A stretch of DNA of 35,504 nucleotides. Source: a virus. The translations under genes were made by a program, and so were the position numbers. The stretch covers positions 1 through 35,504 of the IMG/VR virus record IMGVR_UViG_3300021387_000081, one strand, 5' to 3'. Every line of letters begins with the position of its first letter. Position 1 is the stretch's first letter. The notes under the pieces were generated by a model. It was not told the DNA's origin and made no database searches. It saw only the letters and a program-made list of their open reading frames with translations. Below, piece by piece: positions 1-8,200 of the stretch.

Positions 1-107
1 TATCTTATCTCCAGTACGCTGTGCGACGGTATGTACTATGAGCTGACATACAACGGCGACAAGAAGGAATGGTATCTCGACGCTTACAAGAAGTTCGAGA
101 ATGTTGT
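1..107. repeat. Terminal overlap identical to 35398-35504 (circular or terminally redundant contig)
   Basis: Read base by base: tatcttatctccagtacgctgtgcgacgg...gagaatgttgt occurs at both ends with no mismatch. Confidence 0.95.
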
Positions 108-120
108 TATTACTGAATAA
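1..120 (+). CDS. C-terminal 39 codons of the small conserved phage ORF that starts at 35275 (wraps the contig junction)
   Basis: Base 1 equals base 35398, which is in phase with ATG 35275. Stop TAA is at 118-120. Confidence 0.8.
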   Translation, partial: YLISSTLCDGMYYELTYNGDKKEWYLDAYKKFENVVITE

Positions 121-128
121 TGTTTACA

Positions 129-175
129 AGCATTTGCGACCGACAACAATGTCGGCGGCAAGTGCTATTTTTATT
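129..175 (+). promoter_or_regulatory. Conserved extended hairpin plus U-tract, copy A (upstream of protease)
   Basis: agcatttgc (129-137) pairs with gcaagtgct (158-166). Inner stem is ccgaca/tgtcgg with loop acaa, followed by atttttatt. Paralogous to copies at 1494 and 32984. Confidence 0.65.
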
Positions 176-195
176 CCCTGAAAGGATGTGAAAGA

Positions 196-777
196 ATGAA
201 AATCGAAGTCAGAGCTGACGGACTGCATATAAGCGGCTACGTCAACGTCACCGGCAAGCTGAGCAGACCGGTGATAACACCCAGAGGCAAAGTCCTTGAA
301 ACTATCGAGGAGAGAGCTTTCAGCGAGGCTATCAAGAAGAACGGCGACATCACGGTGACACTCGATCACGATCAGGGGCACGCCTATGCAAATACCCGTG
401 ACGGTTCTCTCGTTCTCCGTGAGGACGCTATCGGACTTCACGCCGATGTGCTCATCACAGATGAAACAGTCATCGAAATGGCACGCAAGGGCAAACTGAG
501 AGGCTGGTCCTTCGGTATGTTCAACGTACAGGACGAAATCGAGAGCCGCGGTGAGGACGAGCTGCCGATCAGACACGTCAAGAGCCTGGAACTGGATCAT
601 GTGTCCCTCATCAAGGACAAGATACCGTGCTACGCTGCGACATCGGTGGAGTGCCGTGCAGGCGGTGACATCGACATGGAGCTGCGTTCCCTCGATATCG
701 AGCCTGTGCTTGTCATCGAGAACAAGCCGGACTACAGCGATTATGAGAACAGGCTGAAAATGCTGGAATTCGAGTGA
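196..777 (+). CDS. HK97-family prohead protease (S78/U35-like)
   Basis: 193-aa ORF lying after the portal-side cassette ORFs and before the capsid gene, separated from it by the 778-1563 cassette. N-terminal MKIEVRADGL..GYVNV and the LDHD..H pattern are typical of prohead proteases. SD aaagga lies 9 nt upstream of the ATG. Confidence 0.85.
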   Translation: MKIEVRADGLHISGYVNVTGKLSRPVITPRGKVLETIEERAFSEAIKKNGDITVTLDHDQGHAYANTRDGSLVLREDAIGLHADVLITDETVIEMARKGKLRGWSFGMFNVQDEIESRGEDELPIRHVKSLELDHVSLIKDKIPCYAATSVECRAGGDIDMELRSLDIEPVLVIENKPDYSDYENRLKMLEFE

Positions 778-828
778 AGGGCAATTGAGCTCCGGTATCG
801 CCAGTACATTCAGCTGCCGAATGGTAAA

Positions 829-1179
829 ATGAATGGCAGCAGGAGTATAGGCGGCGGAAGTCGAAAGCTCTATCATCACGATCCGGATACCGGAGGTGGC
901 GGGAGCACGAAGAAAAGTGTTGACAAATCATCAGATGATGGTGTACAATATGGTAAAGAAGAAATCAAGAATGATTTCGATGGAAAACCATATACCTATC
1001 CTGAATTACATTTACCTAAGAAAGAATATGGCACTGTTATAAGGCAAATCGATGATAACTATGAATCTAAGTATAAAGGCAAGAGTATAGGCTTTCACAG
1101 TACGTCAAAATATACCTATAAATTTGAAATACGTGGATATAACGATTATAACATTTTTTCAAAATGGAAAAATGATTAA
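829..1179 (+). CDS. Leader-linker-variable domain module (type-1 leader). The conserved coding signal already starts at 778, in frame after the protease TGA
   Basis: Same frame as the protease. Codons 787-858 encode ELRYRQYIQLPNGKMNGSRSIGGG, matching portal residues encoded at 34278-34349. The C-terminal 75 aa are AT-rich and unrelated to the other cassettes. Confidence 0.55.
   Translation: MNGSRSIGGGSRKLYHHDPDTGGGGSTKKSVDKSSDDGVQYGKEEIKNDFDGKPYTYPELHLPKKEYGTVIRQIDDNYESKYKGKSIGFHSTSKYTYKFEIRGYNDYNIFSKWKND
920..949 (+). promoter_or_regulatory. Sigma-70-like promoter inside the linker codons (TTGACA-18-TACAAT)
   Basis: ttgaca at 920-925 and tacaat at 944-949. Flank aaaagtgTTGACAaatc matches the four other junction promoters. 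This is the weakest of the set. Confidence 0.45.
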
Positions 1180-1190
1180 GGGGTGATTAT

Positions 1191-1388
1191 ATGAATGATG
1201 AGTTTAAAATGCTTATAAAATCTGTTCCTGATACATATGAAGACTTTGAACGTTGGGTATTTCGAGCAGCCGAAACATATGAGGGATATGCAGAATATAT
1301 AATCAACTACTTAAAAGATCATCCAGATGCAACTACAAGTGATATAGCTGCTTATGAAGAGCCTTTTTTAAGGGAAAGAGCAGAATAA
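1191..1388 (+). CDS. Small acidic protein, candidate cognate partner or immunity protein of the upstream variable domain
   Basis: 65-aa ORF with SD aagggg 8 nt upstream. AT-rich like the preceding variable domain and directly followed by terminator T1. Confidence 0.55.
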   Translation: MNDEFKMLIKSVPDTYEDFERWVFRAAETYEGYAEYIINYLKDHPDATTSDIAAYEEPFLRERAE

Positions 1389-1395
1389 TCGAGTT

Positions 1396-1425
1396 ACCGC
1401 CCTCATTGAGAGCGGTTTTCTTATG
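1396..1425 (+). terminator. Intrinsic terminator T1 (family GCGGTTTTCTTATG)
   Basis: accgccctca/tgagagcggt stem followed by ttttcttatg. The tail is shared with T2, T3 and T4. Confidence 0.7.
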
Positions 1426-1493
1426 CCTAAAATACGCAAAACGCTCATAAAATGCGTATCTCATGCTTATGATACGCTCATAAAACGCAAAAA

Positions 1494-1540
1494 AGCATTT
1501 GCTAAGGACACAAATGTCCCTCGCAGGTGCTATTTTTATA
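1494..1540 (+). promoter_or_regulatory. Conserved extended hairpin plus U-tract, copy B (upstream of major capsid gene)
   Basis: agcatttgc (1494-1502) pairs with gcaggtgct (1523-1531). Inner stem is ggaca/tgtcc, followed by atttttata. It carries a compensatory change relative to copies A and C. Confidence 0.65.
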
Positions 1541-1563
1541 CCCATTTAAAGGAGGAAAAATCC

Positions 1564-2718
1564 ATGAAGAAACTTATCGAAAGAAGAGCCGGACTTGTAG
1601 TCCTTCTCAATTCCATGCTGGAAGCTGTAAAGACCGAAAACAGAGCCTTTACAGAAGAGGAGGCAAAGAAGTTTGACGAGACAGAGGCTGAGATCAGGCA
1701 GCTTGATGCTACTATCAAGGCGGAGGAGAGAGCGAAGGGGATAGCTGATCTCCCTGCACCTCAGGCAGCTCCCAAGGCTGAACAGCTCACACAGGAGCAG
1801 ATCGAGGAGAGAGCTTTCGCTGACTTCATAGGCGGCAAGATCACCGAGATGAGAGCAGGCGAACAGAACATCGACTGGACTAACGGTGCATCAACAGTGC
1901 CTACGACTATCGCCAAGCGTATCATCGATGCAGCAGTTGATATGTGTCCCATTCTCGCAGGAGCTGAGGTGTACCACGAAAAAGGCACGCTCAAGATCCC
2001 CAAGTGGACAAAGGCGAACAGCACCCACGATGTGACTGTAGCCTATGCAACTGAGTTCACTCCGCTCACAGCTGACAGCGGCAAGTTCACATCGGTGGAT
2101 CTGGGCGGATACCTTGCAGGTGCTCTCGTTCTTATCGGAAAGAGCGTTATAAACAGTTCAGCGATCAATGTGACAAATTTCGTCATCAACAAGATCGCTG
2201 AGAAAGTGGCACAGTTCCTTGAACAGGAGCTGCTCAAGGGCTCAGGTTCTTCCGCAGCTCAGGGCGCTACCAAGACAAGCAATGTGGTGACTACCGGCAC
2301 TGCGCTTGCTATCGGTTTGGATGATCTTATCGCACTTCAGGCTGCTGTAAAGCAGAAGTATCAGAAAAACTCCTGCTGGACAATGACATCCAATACTTTC
2401 ACTGCACTCAAACAGCTCAAAGACGGCGACAACAGACCTCTTATCCAGCCTGATGTTACAGCGGAATTCCCCTTCAGACTTCTCGGAAAGCCTGTGCATC
2501 TCTCTGATAATATGGACGAGATCGGCGGCAACAAGCTTGCTGTCCTCTACGGTGACTACAGCGGACTCTCCGTGAACTTCCGTGAGGATATCGGTATCGA
2601 GGTACTCAGGGAAGCATACCACACTCAGCATGCTATCGGCATTGATGCGTGGTTCGAGTTCGATTCAAAGGTAACAGATGAGCAGAAGCTTGCTGTGCTC
2701 AAGATCAAGGCATCATAA
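1564..2718 (+). CDS. Major capsid protein, HK97 fold, with N-terminal coiled-coil delta/scaffold-like region
   Basis: ATG 1564 lies 8 nt after aaggagg. N-terminus MKKLIERRAGL..EEEAKKFDE..IRQLDA is delta-domain-like. The length and position after the protease fit. The upstream 47 codons of the tracked ORF overlap hairpin B. Confidence 0.9.
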   Translation: MKKLIERRAGLVVLLNSMLEAVKTENRAFTEEEAKKFDETEAEIRQLDATIKAEERAKGIADLPAPQAAPKAEQLTQEQIEERAFADFIGGKITEMRAGEQNIDWTNGASTVPTTIAKRIIDAAVDMCPILAGAEVYHEKGTLKIPKWTKANSTHDVTVAYATEFTPLTADSGKFTSVDLGGYLAGALVLIGKSVINSSAINVTNFVINKIAEKVAQFLEQELLKGSGSSAAQGATKTSNVVTTGTALAIGLDDLIALQAAVKQKYQKNSCWTMTSNTFTALKQLKDGDNRPLIQPDVTAEFPFRLLGKPVHLSDNMDEIGGNKLAVLYGDYSGLSVNFREDIGIEVLREAYHTQHAIGIDAWFEFDSKVTDEQKLAVLKIKAS

Positions 2719-2725
2719 ACAATGC

Positions 2726-2758
2726 AGCGGACAGGTGAGAGCTTGTCCGCTTAATTCA
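2726..2758 (+). terminator. Weak hairpin/attenuator after the capsid gene
   Basis: agcggacag/cttgtccgct stem followed by a weak T-tract (taattcat). Confidence 0.4.
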
Positions 2759-2778
2759 TAAAGAAAGGCGGTAGCGAT

Positions 2779-3069
2779 ATGAAGATGAGCGAGCTCACAC
2801 CGGAGATCGTAAAAGACTACTGCGGTATCTCAGACAGCGACAGTGATGATATCATCACAGCACTCATATCTGCCGCAAAGGCATATGTCAAAGGCTATAC
2901 CGGGCTTGATGATACTAAGTGCGATGAGCACGATGATATAACTATCGCCTGCATGGTGCTGGTAAATGATATGTTCACTCAGAGGGACTACACACTGAGC
3001 CTTCACAGGCAGGTATCTCCCACGGTAAAGACCATACTCAGCATGTATGCCGTGAATCATCTGGGGTGA
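2779..3069 (+). CDS. Head-tail connector (gp6-like DNA-packaging/connector protein)
   Basis: 96 aa. The pattern LT.E.VK.YCGI.D.D.D..I..LI.AAKAYV is typical of this family, and the gene sits directly after the capsid gene. Confidence 0.75.
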   Translation: MKMSELTPEIVKDYCGISDSDSDDIITALISAAKAYVKGYTGLDDTKCDEHDDITIACMVLVNDMFTQRDYTLSLHRQVSPTVKTILSMYAVNHLG

Positions 3070-3073
3070 TGCT

Positions 3074-3421
3074 ATGGCATACAACAAAAAGATCGAGATA
3101 CAGTATCTCACCGAAGAACAGGACGATATCGGCAATGACCTCTCCCATTGGACTGTACTTTTCCGTCCATGGGCGGAGATAATCGGCACAGGCGGAAGGG
3201 AATACTATGCAGCCGCACAGGTAAACTCCGAGAACGATATGCAGTTCAGGATACGCTATTCATCCTGCATGGAAGGGAAACTCTCATCTGAGCTGAGGAT
3301 AGTCTACAAAGGACTTATATACGATGTGAAGCACATTGACGACGTAAATGAGCAGCACCGGGAACTTGTAATAAGGGCTGAGCAGCATAACGGAGGTGTC
3401 AGGGATGAGCATAACACCTGA
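3074..3421 (+). CDS. Head closure / head-tail adaptor (SPP1 gp16-like)
   Basis: 115 aa containing W..LFRPWAEI..GGREYY.A.QVN.E....FRIRY, and in the syntenic position. Confidence 0.75.
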   Translation: MAYNKKIEIQYLTEEQDDIGNDLSHWTVLFRPWAEIIGTGGREYYAAAQVNSENDMQFRIRYSSCMEGKLSSELRIVYKGLIYDVKHIDDVNEQHRELVIRAEQHNGGVRDEHNT

Positions 3422-3773
3422 TGACTTTGTAAAGTCACTGACGGAGTGCTGCGCGGAGTTCACGGAGGAGATCACGGAGAAGGTAGAGGAAGGCATAAAG
3501 ACCATAGGTGAGGAAGCTGCCGGGGAAGTCAGGGCACTCTCACCGGTTGACAAGGGCGCTTACCGGCGCAGCTGGAAAACACGTTTCGAAAAGGTCCGCG
3601 GCAGCATGACCGTGACAGTCTATGCCGGAGGAAGACACTACCGCCTGACTCATCTGCTGGAAAAAGGTCACCTGAACCGTGACGGGACTACCCGTGCAAG
3701 GGCTATACCTCATATCAGCACAGCTCAGGAGCATGCGGAAAAGAAGACAGATAAACTTCTGGAGGGACTGTAA
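3405..3773 (+). CDS. HK97 gp10-like tail-completion/neck protein
   Basis: ATG 3405 lies 8 nt after GGAGG. Contains the RRSWK and HLLEKGH motifs and sits in the syntenic position. Confidence 0.7.
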   Translation: MSITPDDFVKSLTECCAEFTEEITEKVEEGIKTIGEEAAGEVRALSPVDKGAYRRSWKTRFEKVRGSMTVTVYAGGRHYRLTHLLEKGHLNRDGTTRARAIPHISTAQEHAEKKTDKLLEGL

Positions 3774-4123
3774 TGGAACTCAGTGAGATAAAATCAAAGC
3801 TTGACACGATAGGTGTTCCTGTAGCCTACATGATGTTCAGCAAACCACAGAAACTGCCGTTCATAGTGTACTATGAATCCGGTACGGACATCCGCGGAGC
3901 TGATACACTGGATCTCCTGCGCGAAACTGAGATAACAGTTGAAATGTACTCGGACAGAAAGCTGCCGGCTATTGAACGGCAGATAGAATCCCTTTTTGCG
4001 GACAGGGAGATAAAAAAGTCCGCAGATGTATATCTGAGCGAAGAGAAGATGCTGATGACTGCATTTTCTTTCGATACAATAATAAAAACAGGAGGAAATG
4101 AGAATGTCACATACACAGACTAA
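3773..4123 (+). CDS. Putative tail terminator/tail-completion protein
   Basis: 116 aa, start overlaps the preceding stop by 1 nt (TAATG, stop 3771-3773, ATG 3773-3775). Called from position between the neck genes and the major tail gene only. Confidence 0.5.
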   Translation: MELSEIKSKLDTIGVPVAYMMFSKPQKLPFIVYYESGTDIRGADTLDLLRETEITVEMYSDRKLPAIERQIESLFADREIKKSADVYLSEEKMLMTAFSFDTIIKTGGNENVTYTD

Positions 4124-4685
4124 AGAACTTAACCGCATACCTCTCGGCTCCATGGATTTCTACATCGTGGAATTCACCGGAGGAACTATCCCGGCGGACA
4201 ACGTCATTGAGACAGAAGCCAACATGATAGGACGTACAAAGAACGGTGCTACCGTCCGTTACAATGCCACATGGTATCTGGCTGAATCAGATGACGGAAA
4301 GGCCAAGAAGCGCAAGCTCACCGGTGAGAACGCTTCAATAGCCTACGGTAATATCACCTGGAACGGAAACACGCTGAAGAAGCTCATTGCCACAGCAAGA
4401 GTTACTGAGGCCGACGGCAAGCGCACCACTAAGATCGGCGGCATAACCAACGACGACGGAAAGCGCTATCTCATCCGCGGTGTACACAAGGACGCTGTTG
4501 ACGGAGATGTGAGGATAACCGGTGTCGGTGTCAACACTGGCGGCTGGGAGGCGGTATGGTCGCCCACACAGGAGACCGTGCTCAATCCTACTTTCGAGCT
4601 TGAACCCAAACTTGATGCTGACGGCACCCTTCTCATCCACGAAGAGGAGATAGTCGAAGCCGCTTCATCCGGAAATAATAATTAA
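4104..4685 (+). CDS. Major tail protein
   Basis: ATG 4104 lies 8 nt after GGAGG (an alternative ATG is at 4098). 193 aa, lies upstream of the chaperone pair and is followed by a terminator. Confidence 0.7.
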   Translation: MSHTQTKELNRIPLGSMDFYIVEFTGGTIPADNVIETEANMIGRTKNGATVRYNATWYLAESDDGKAKKRKLTGENASIAYGNITWNGNTLKKLIATARVTEADGKRTTKIGGITNDDGKRYLIRGVHKDAVDGDVRITGVGVNTGGWEAVWSPTQETVLNPTFELEPKLDADGTLLIHEEEIVEAASSGNNN

Positions 4686-4691
4686 GACTAA

Positions 4692-4720
4692 GGGACGCTG
4701 TCTGACGGCGTCCCGTTTTC
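4692..4720 (+). terminator. Intrinsic terminator after the major tail gene
   Basis: gggacgc/gcgtccc stem followed by gttttc. Confidence 0.7.
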
Positions 4721-4740
4721 TATAATCAAAGGAGCTTACT

Positions 4741-5010
4741 ATGAGAAGATACAGATTCACACTTGACAACGGAACGGTTCTGAATATCAAGCCGCCTACA
4801 CTGAGACAGTACTACAAGGGGCTGCTCACGGCAAAGAACGATGCACAGCTCTTCCGTGCAGTGGCAGAGATATGCACTGCCAATGATGAGGGTATTGCTG
4901 TGACTGAGGAATATGTCATCGACAATTTCACTGTTGATGACCTGAGCAGGTTCATGCGCGGACTGAATTCCTGGATAAATACCGAGCGGAGCGCTGACCC
5001 AAACTCATAA
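4741..5010 (+). CDS. Tail assembly chaperone (gpG-like)
   Basis: 89 aa, located immediately upstream of the tape measure gene and ending just after a slippery heptamer. Confidence 0.8.
   Translation: MRRYRFTLDNGTVLNIKPPTLRQYYKGLLTAKNDAQLFRAVAEICTANDEGIAVTEEYVIDNFTVDDLSRFMRGLNSWINTERSADPNS
4998..5004 (+). promoter_or_regulatory. -1 programmed frameshift slippery site C CCA AAC
   Basis: An X XXY YYZ heptamer in the zero frame, 2 codons before the gpG stop. The -1 frame is open from 4998 to 5279. Confidence 0.75.
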
Positions 5011-5279
5011 CGCCTTATTATCCCGGAGACGGAGAGGATAAGGCGTATTTCAAGAATCCCACCGGTGATGAGAAGCTTGTATCAGATTACACGAGACTCA
5101 GCTTCCGTGAGGTGGAGGAACTGGACCTGTTTGAATACTTCGGCTACCTTCATGACGCAGTGGTCTGGGGATGCAGCAGGAGCGAGGCGGGCAGGGAATA
5201 TCTGGAGAACGCATATTACTATCAGCAGACGGAGCCAGACCGTGAGGCACTGAGGAGGTTCGGAAAGAATGGCAGGTAA
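4998..5279 (+). CDS. gpGT-like -1 frame extension of the tail assembly chaperone
   Basis: The -1 frame reads PKLITPYYPGDGEDKAYFKNPTGDEKLVSDYTRLSFREVEELDLFEYFGYLHDAVVWG...RRFGKNGR and stops at TAA 5277-5279, overlapping the tape-measure ATG. Confidence 0.7.
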   Translation, partial: PKLITPYYPGDGEDKAYFKNPTGDEKLVSDYTRLSFREVEELDLFEYFGYLHDAVVWGCSRSEAGREYLENAYYYQQTEPDREALRRFGKNGR

Positions 5280-8200
5280 AGCGATCAAGGGCATCACCAT
5301 ACAGATCGGTGCGGATACAGTCGGACTTGACAAAGCGCTGAAAGGCGTCGAGACAGCCGGAAAGAAGACAGCATCAGAGCTGAGAGAGGTGGAGAATTCC
5401 CTGAAAAAAGCTCCTGATTCCGCTGTGCTGTGGTCACAGAAGCAGGAACTGCTCAATGACGCTCTGGAAAAAAGCCGTGAAAAGCTGAAACTGCTGGAGG
5501 ATGCACAGGCGCAGGTGAATGAGGAATTCAGCAAAGGTGCTGTCAACGAGGAACAGTACAGGGCATTCCAGAGAGAGATAGAAAACACACGTTCAGAAGT
5601 CGGGCGCTATGAGAACGGACTTAAAGATGCAGATGAAAAGGTCCGTGCCCTCGGCGATGATGCAGGCGATACTTCCGGTGATGTGAAGGAACTGGGAGAA
5701 GCAGCTGACTCCACAGCAAGCGGAGGCATATCTGCCATGACTGTCGCCCTCGGTGACCTTGTGGCAGACGGCATAAAAATGGCAGCAAGGGAACTGAAGG
5801 ACTTCACTGTGGATGTGGTGAAGACCGGAGCTGACTTTGAGGCTGGCATGTCTCAGGTGGCTGCCATATCCGGTGCGACCGGTGATGAACTGGAGCGCCT
5901 GACGGCTAAGGCTGAGGAAATGGGCGCTTCCACAAAATTCACTGCCTCAGAATCAGCAGAGGCTTTCAACTACATGGCTATGGCAGGCTGGAAGACTGAG
6001 GATATGCTGGGCGGTATAGACGGTATACTCTCACTTGCAGCTGCATCCGGTGAGGATCTGGCAACGACATCCGATATCGTGACAGACGCTATGACTGCTT
6101 TCGGACTCAGCGCCGATAATGCCGGACACTTTGCGGACGTTCTTGCAGCTGCATCCTCCAACGCGAACACCAATGTCAGCATGATGGGCGAAACGTTCAA
6201 GTATGTCGCTCCCGTTGCCGGCGCAATGAGCTATTCCATTGAGGATACTGCCGAGGCTATAGGTCTTATGGCTAATGCCGGCATCAAATCAACTCAGGCA
6301 GGAACTGCGCTGCGTTCTATCATAACAAGACTTTCCACAGATGCCGGAGCAAGTAAGAACAGTCTGGGTGCTCTTGGCACTCTGACTGAGGAACTCGGAG
6401 TGCAGTTCTACAATGCTGACGGCTCAGCCCGGGACTTCGGTGACGTTCTCAATGAGACAAGAGAAGCGTGGAAAGGGCTGACAGATGAGCAGCAGACATC
6501 CTACGGCAAGACTATCGCCGGCACGAATGCTCTGTCCGGCTGGCTTGCTCTTATGAATGCAGCGCCGGAGGATGTGGAAAAGCTTTCCGGTGCTATAAGA
6601 GACTGTGACGGCGCAGCAACTGATATGTCCACGACTATGATGGATAATCTGCAAGGTGATATGACAGTAATGCAGAGCGCTGTGGACGGTATGAAGATAT
6701 CGCTCTCCAAGGAACTGGAACCGGTGCTCCGCGAAGGAGTGCAGTACATAACAAAGCACATGCCGGAGATACAGAGTGCACTTTCAAAGGTCTTTCGTGC
6801 CGGAGCTGACGGTCTGAGCTTTGCTATACGGAATGTACCGAAGGTAATTAGTGCGGTGCAGGCACTGATGCCGCTGATAAAGACGGCTGCTGCTGCATAC
6901 CTTTCATACAAGCTCTACGATAAGACCGCAAAATTCGTCGGTCTGCTGACTTCCATGACAGGACCGCAGGGGGCTATCGTTGCGGCGGTCGGTGCTGTGG
7001 GACTTCTCACGACAGCTCTCCAGTGGCTGACGGACGCTCAGCACGACGAACTCACAGCCACCGAGAAAATGGAAGAGCAGTACAAAGAAGAACTGGATGC
7101 AGTGGACGGTCTGCGCGGAAGTCTCAATTCCATGAAGGACGATTTCTACAAACGAGCAGGGGATATCAACGCCGAAACAGAACGCACAAAGGATCTCTGG
7201 AAGGAACTTGACAAGCTGACAGATTCCACCGGAAAAGTGCGGGATGCTGACAAGAAAAGGGCGGAATACCTTCTCGGGGAACTGAATACCGCTCTTGGCA
7301 CTGAGTACACCATGACCGGCAACCAGATAGACCGGTACAAGGACATGGAAGCCGAGGTGGACAAGCTCATCGAGAAGAAAAAGGCTTCAATGTATCTGGA
7401 CGAGTTCATGTCTCAGGCTACAGAGCAGAGAAAAGTGCAGGCGGATGCACGGACTGCTTATCAGGAGGCGTATGCTAAAAGGAATGAACTGATGTCGGAT
7501 CCGGAATTTATGAAAGCTGATGAGCGGTTCAAAGAAATTACAGGCAGTTCAATGACAACACATGCTCCTGATGATTACTGGCTTTCTGTAACAAGGGGGC
7601 ATAATGCACAATTTGACCGGAAGTATGAAAACCTGAGCGATGAAGAGTACGATCAGATAGTTCAGGAACTGTATGACATATCCGAGCAGTGGAAAGACAC
7701 TTCCGCTGAGATCATAATGAATCAAAGGCTAATGACCGAGAATCAGGGTGTATATGAGGGATCACTTGGCTGGGAATCGCAGCTCAGAGAGGCTGAGACG
7801 GCGTTCGCAAGTGAAGACTACAGCAAAGTCAGCAGCATCCTCTACGATTCCGACTATGGTGACCGTTACGCGCTGGAGCATGAGTCAGATCTTCAGAAAC
7901 GGCAGGAAAAGTTCCGGGAAATGGTCACAAGATCTCTGGCGGATATGGAACTTGCAATAGACGCAGGCAGTCAGTATGCTGTGGATCAGGCGCTTTCATC
8001 CCTCGGCGAAACTGTTGAGGCAGGTGCTCTGGCAGTTGACGACCTGAGAGACGTATTCAGCCGCGAGTTCATGGACAGAGTGCAGGATATGCTGGACAAG
8101 GGATTCGATATCTCTGCACTGGCGAAATGGGGAAAGGATTCCGGTCTTGACGTGGGCGATATGTTCAGCACCGATTTCAAGACGCTTGTACAGACACAGA

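Noticed and set aside
775-777. Alternative genetic code (TGA read as sense) to explain the in-frame TGA.
   Set aside because: Many well-supported genes end at TGA exactly where homologues should end and where the next gene starts, for example 3067-3069, 9537-9539 and 34722-34724. The standard code is therefore in use, and only local readthrough is considered.
124-879. Long minus-strand ORF (251 aa) opposite the protease. Similar shadow ORFs occur at 10266-10979, 12783-13508, 21702-22394, 24105-24707, 30810-31481 and 33810-34304 (minus strand), and at 16740-17444 and 17125-18105 (plus strand).
   Set aside because: Each lies antisense to a gene with a clear family signature. They have no SD and low-complexity or R/C/H-rich composition. 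These are typical shadow ORFs.
1423-1563. The tracked 5' extension of the capsid ORF (start at 1423).
   Set aside because: It would translate terminator-adjacent sequence and hairpin B. A strong aaggagg plus ATG is at 1564 and the delta-domain-like sequence starts there.
5065-5253. Zero-frame ORF (62 aa) between the chaperone and tape measure genes.
   Set aside because: It has W/R-rich composition. The -1 frame over the same bases encodes a plausible gpT-like extension reached from a canonical slippery site.
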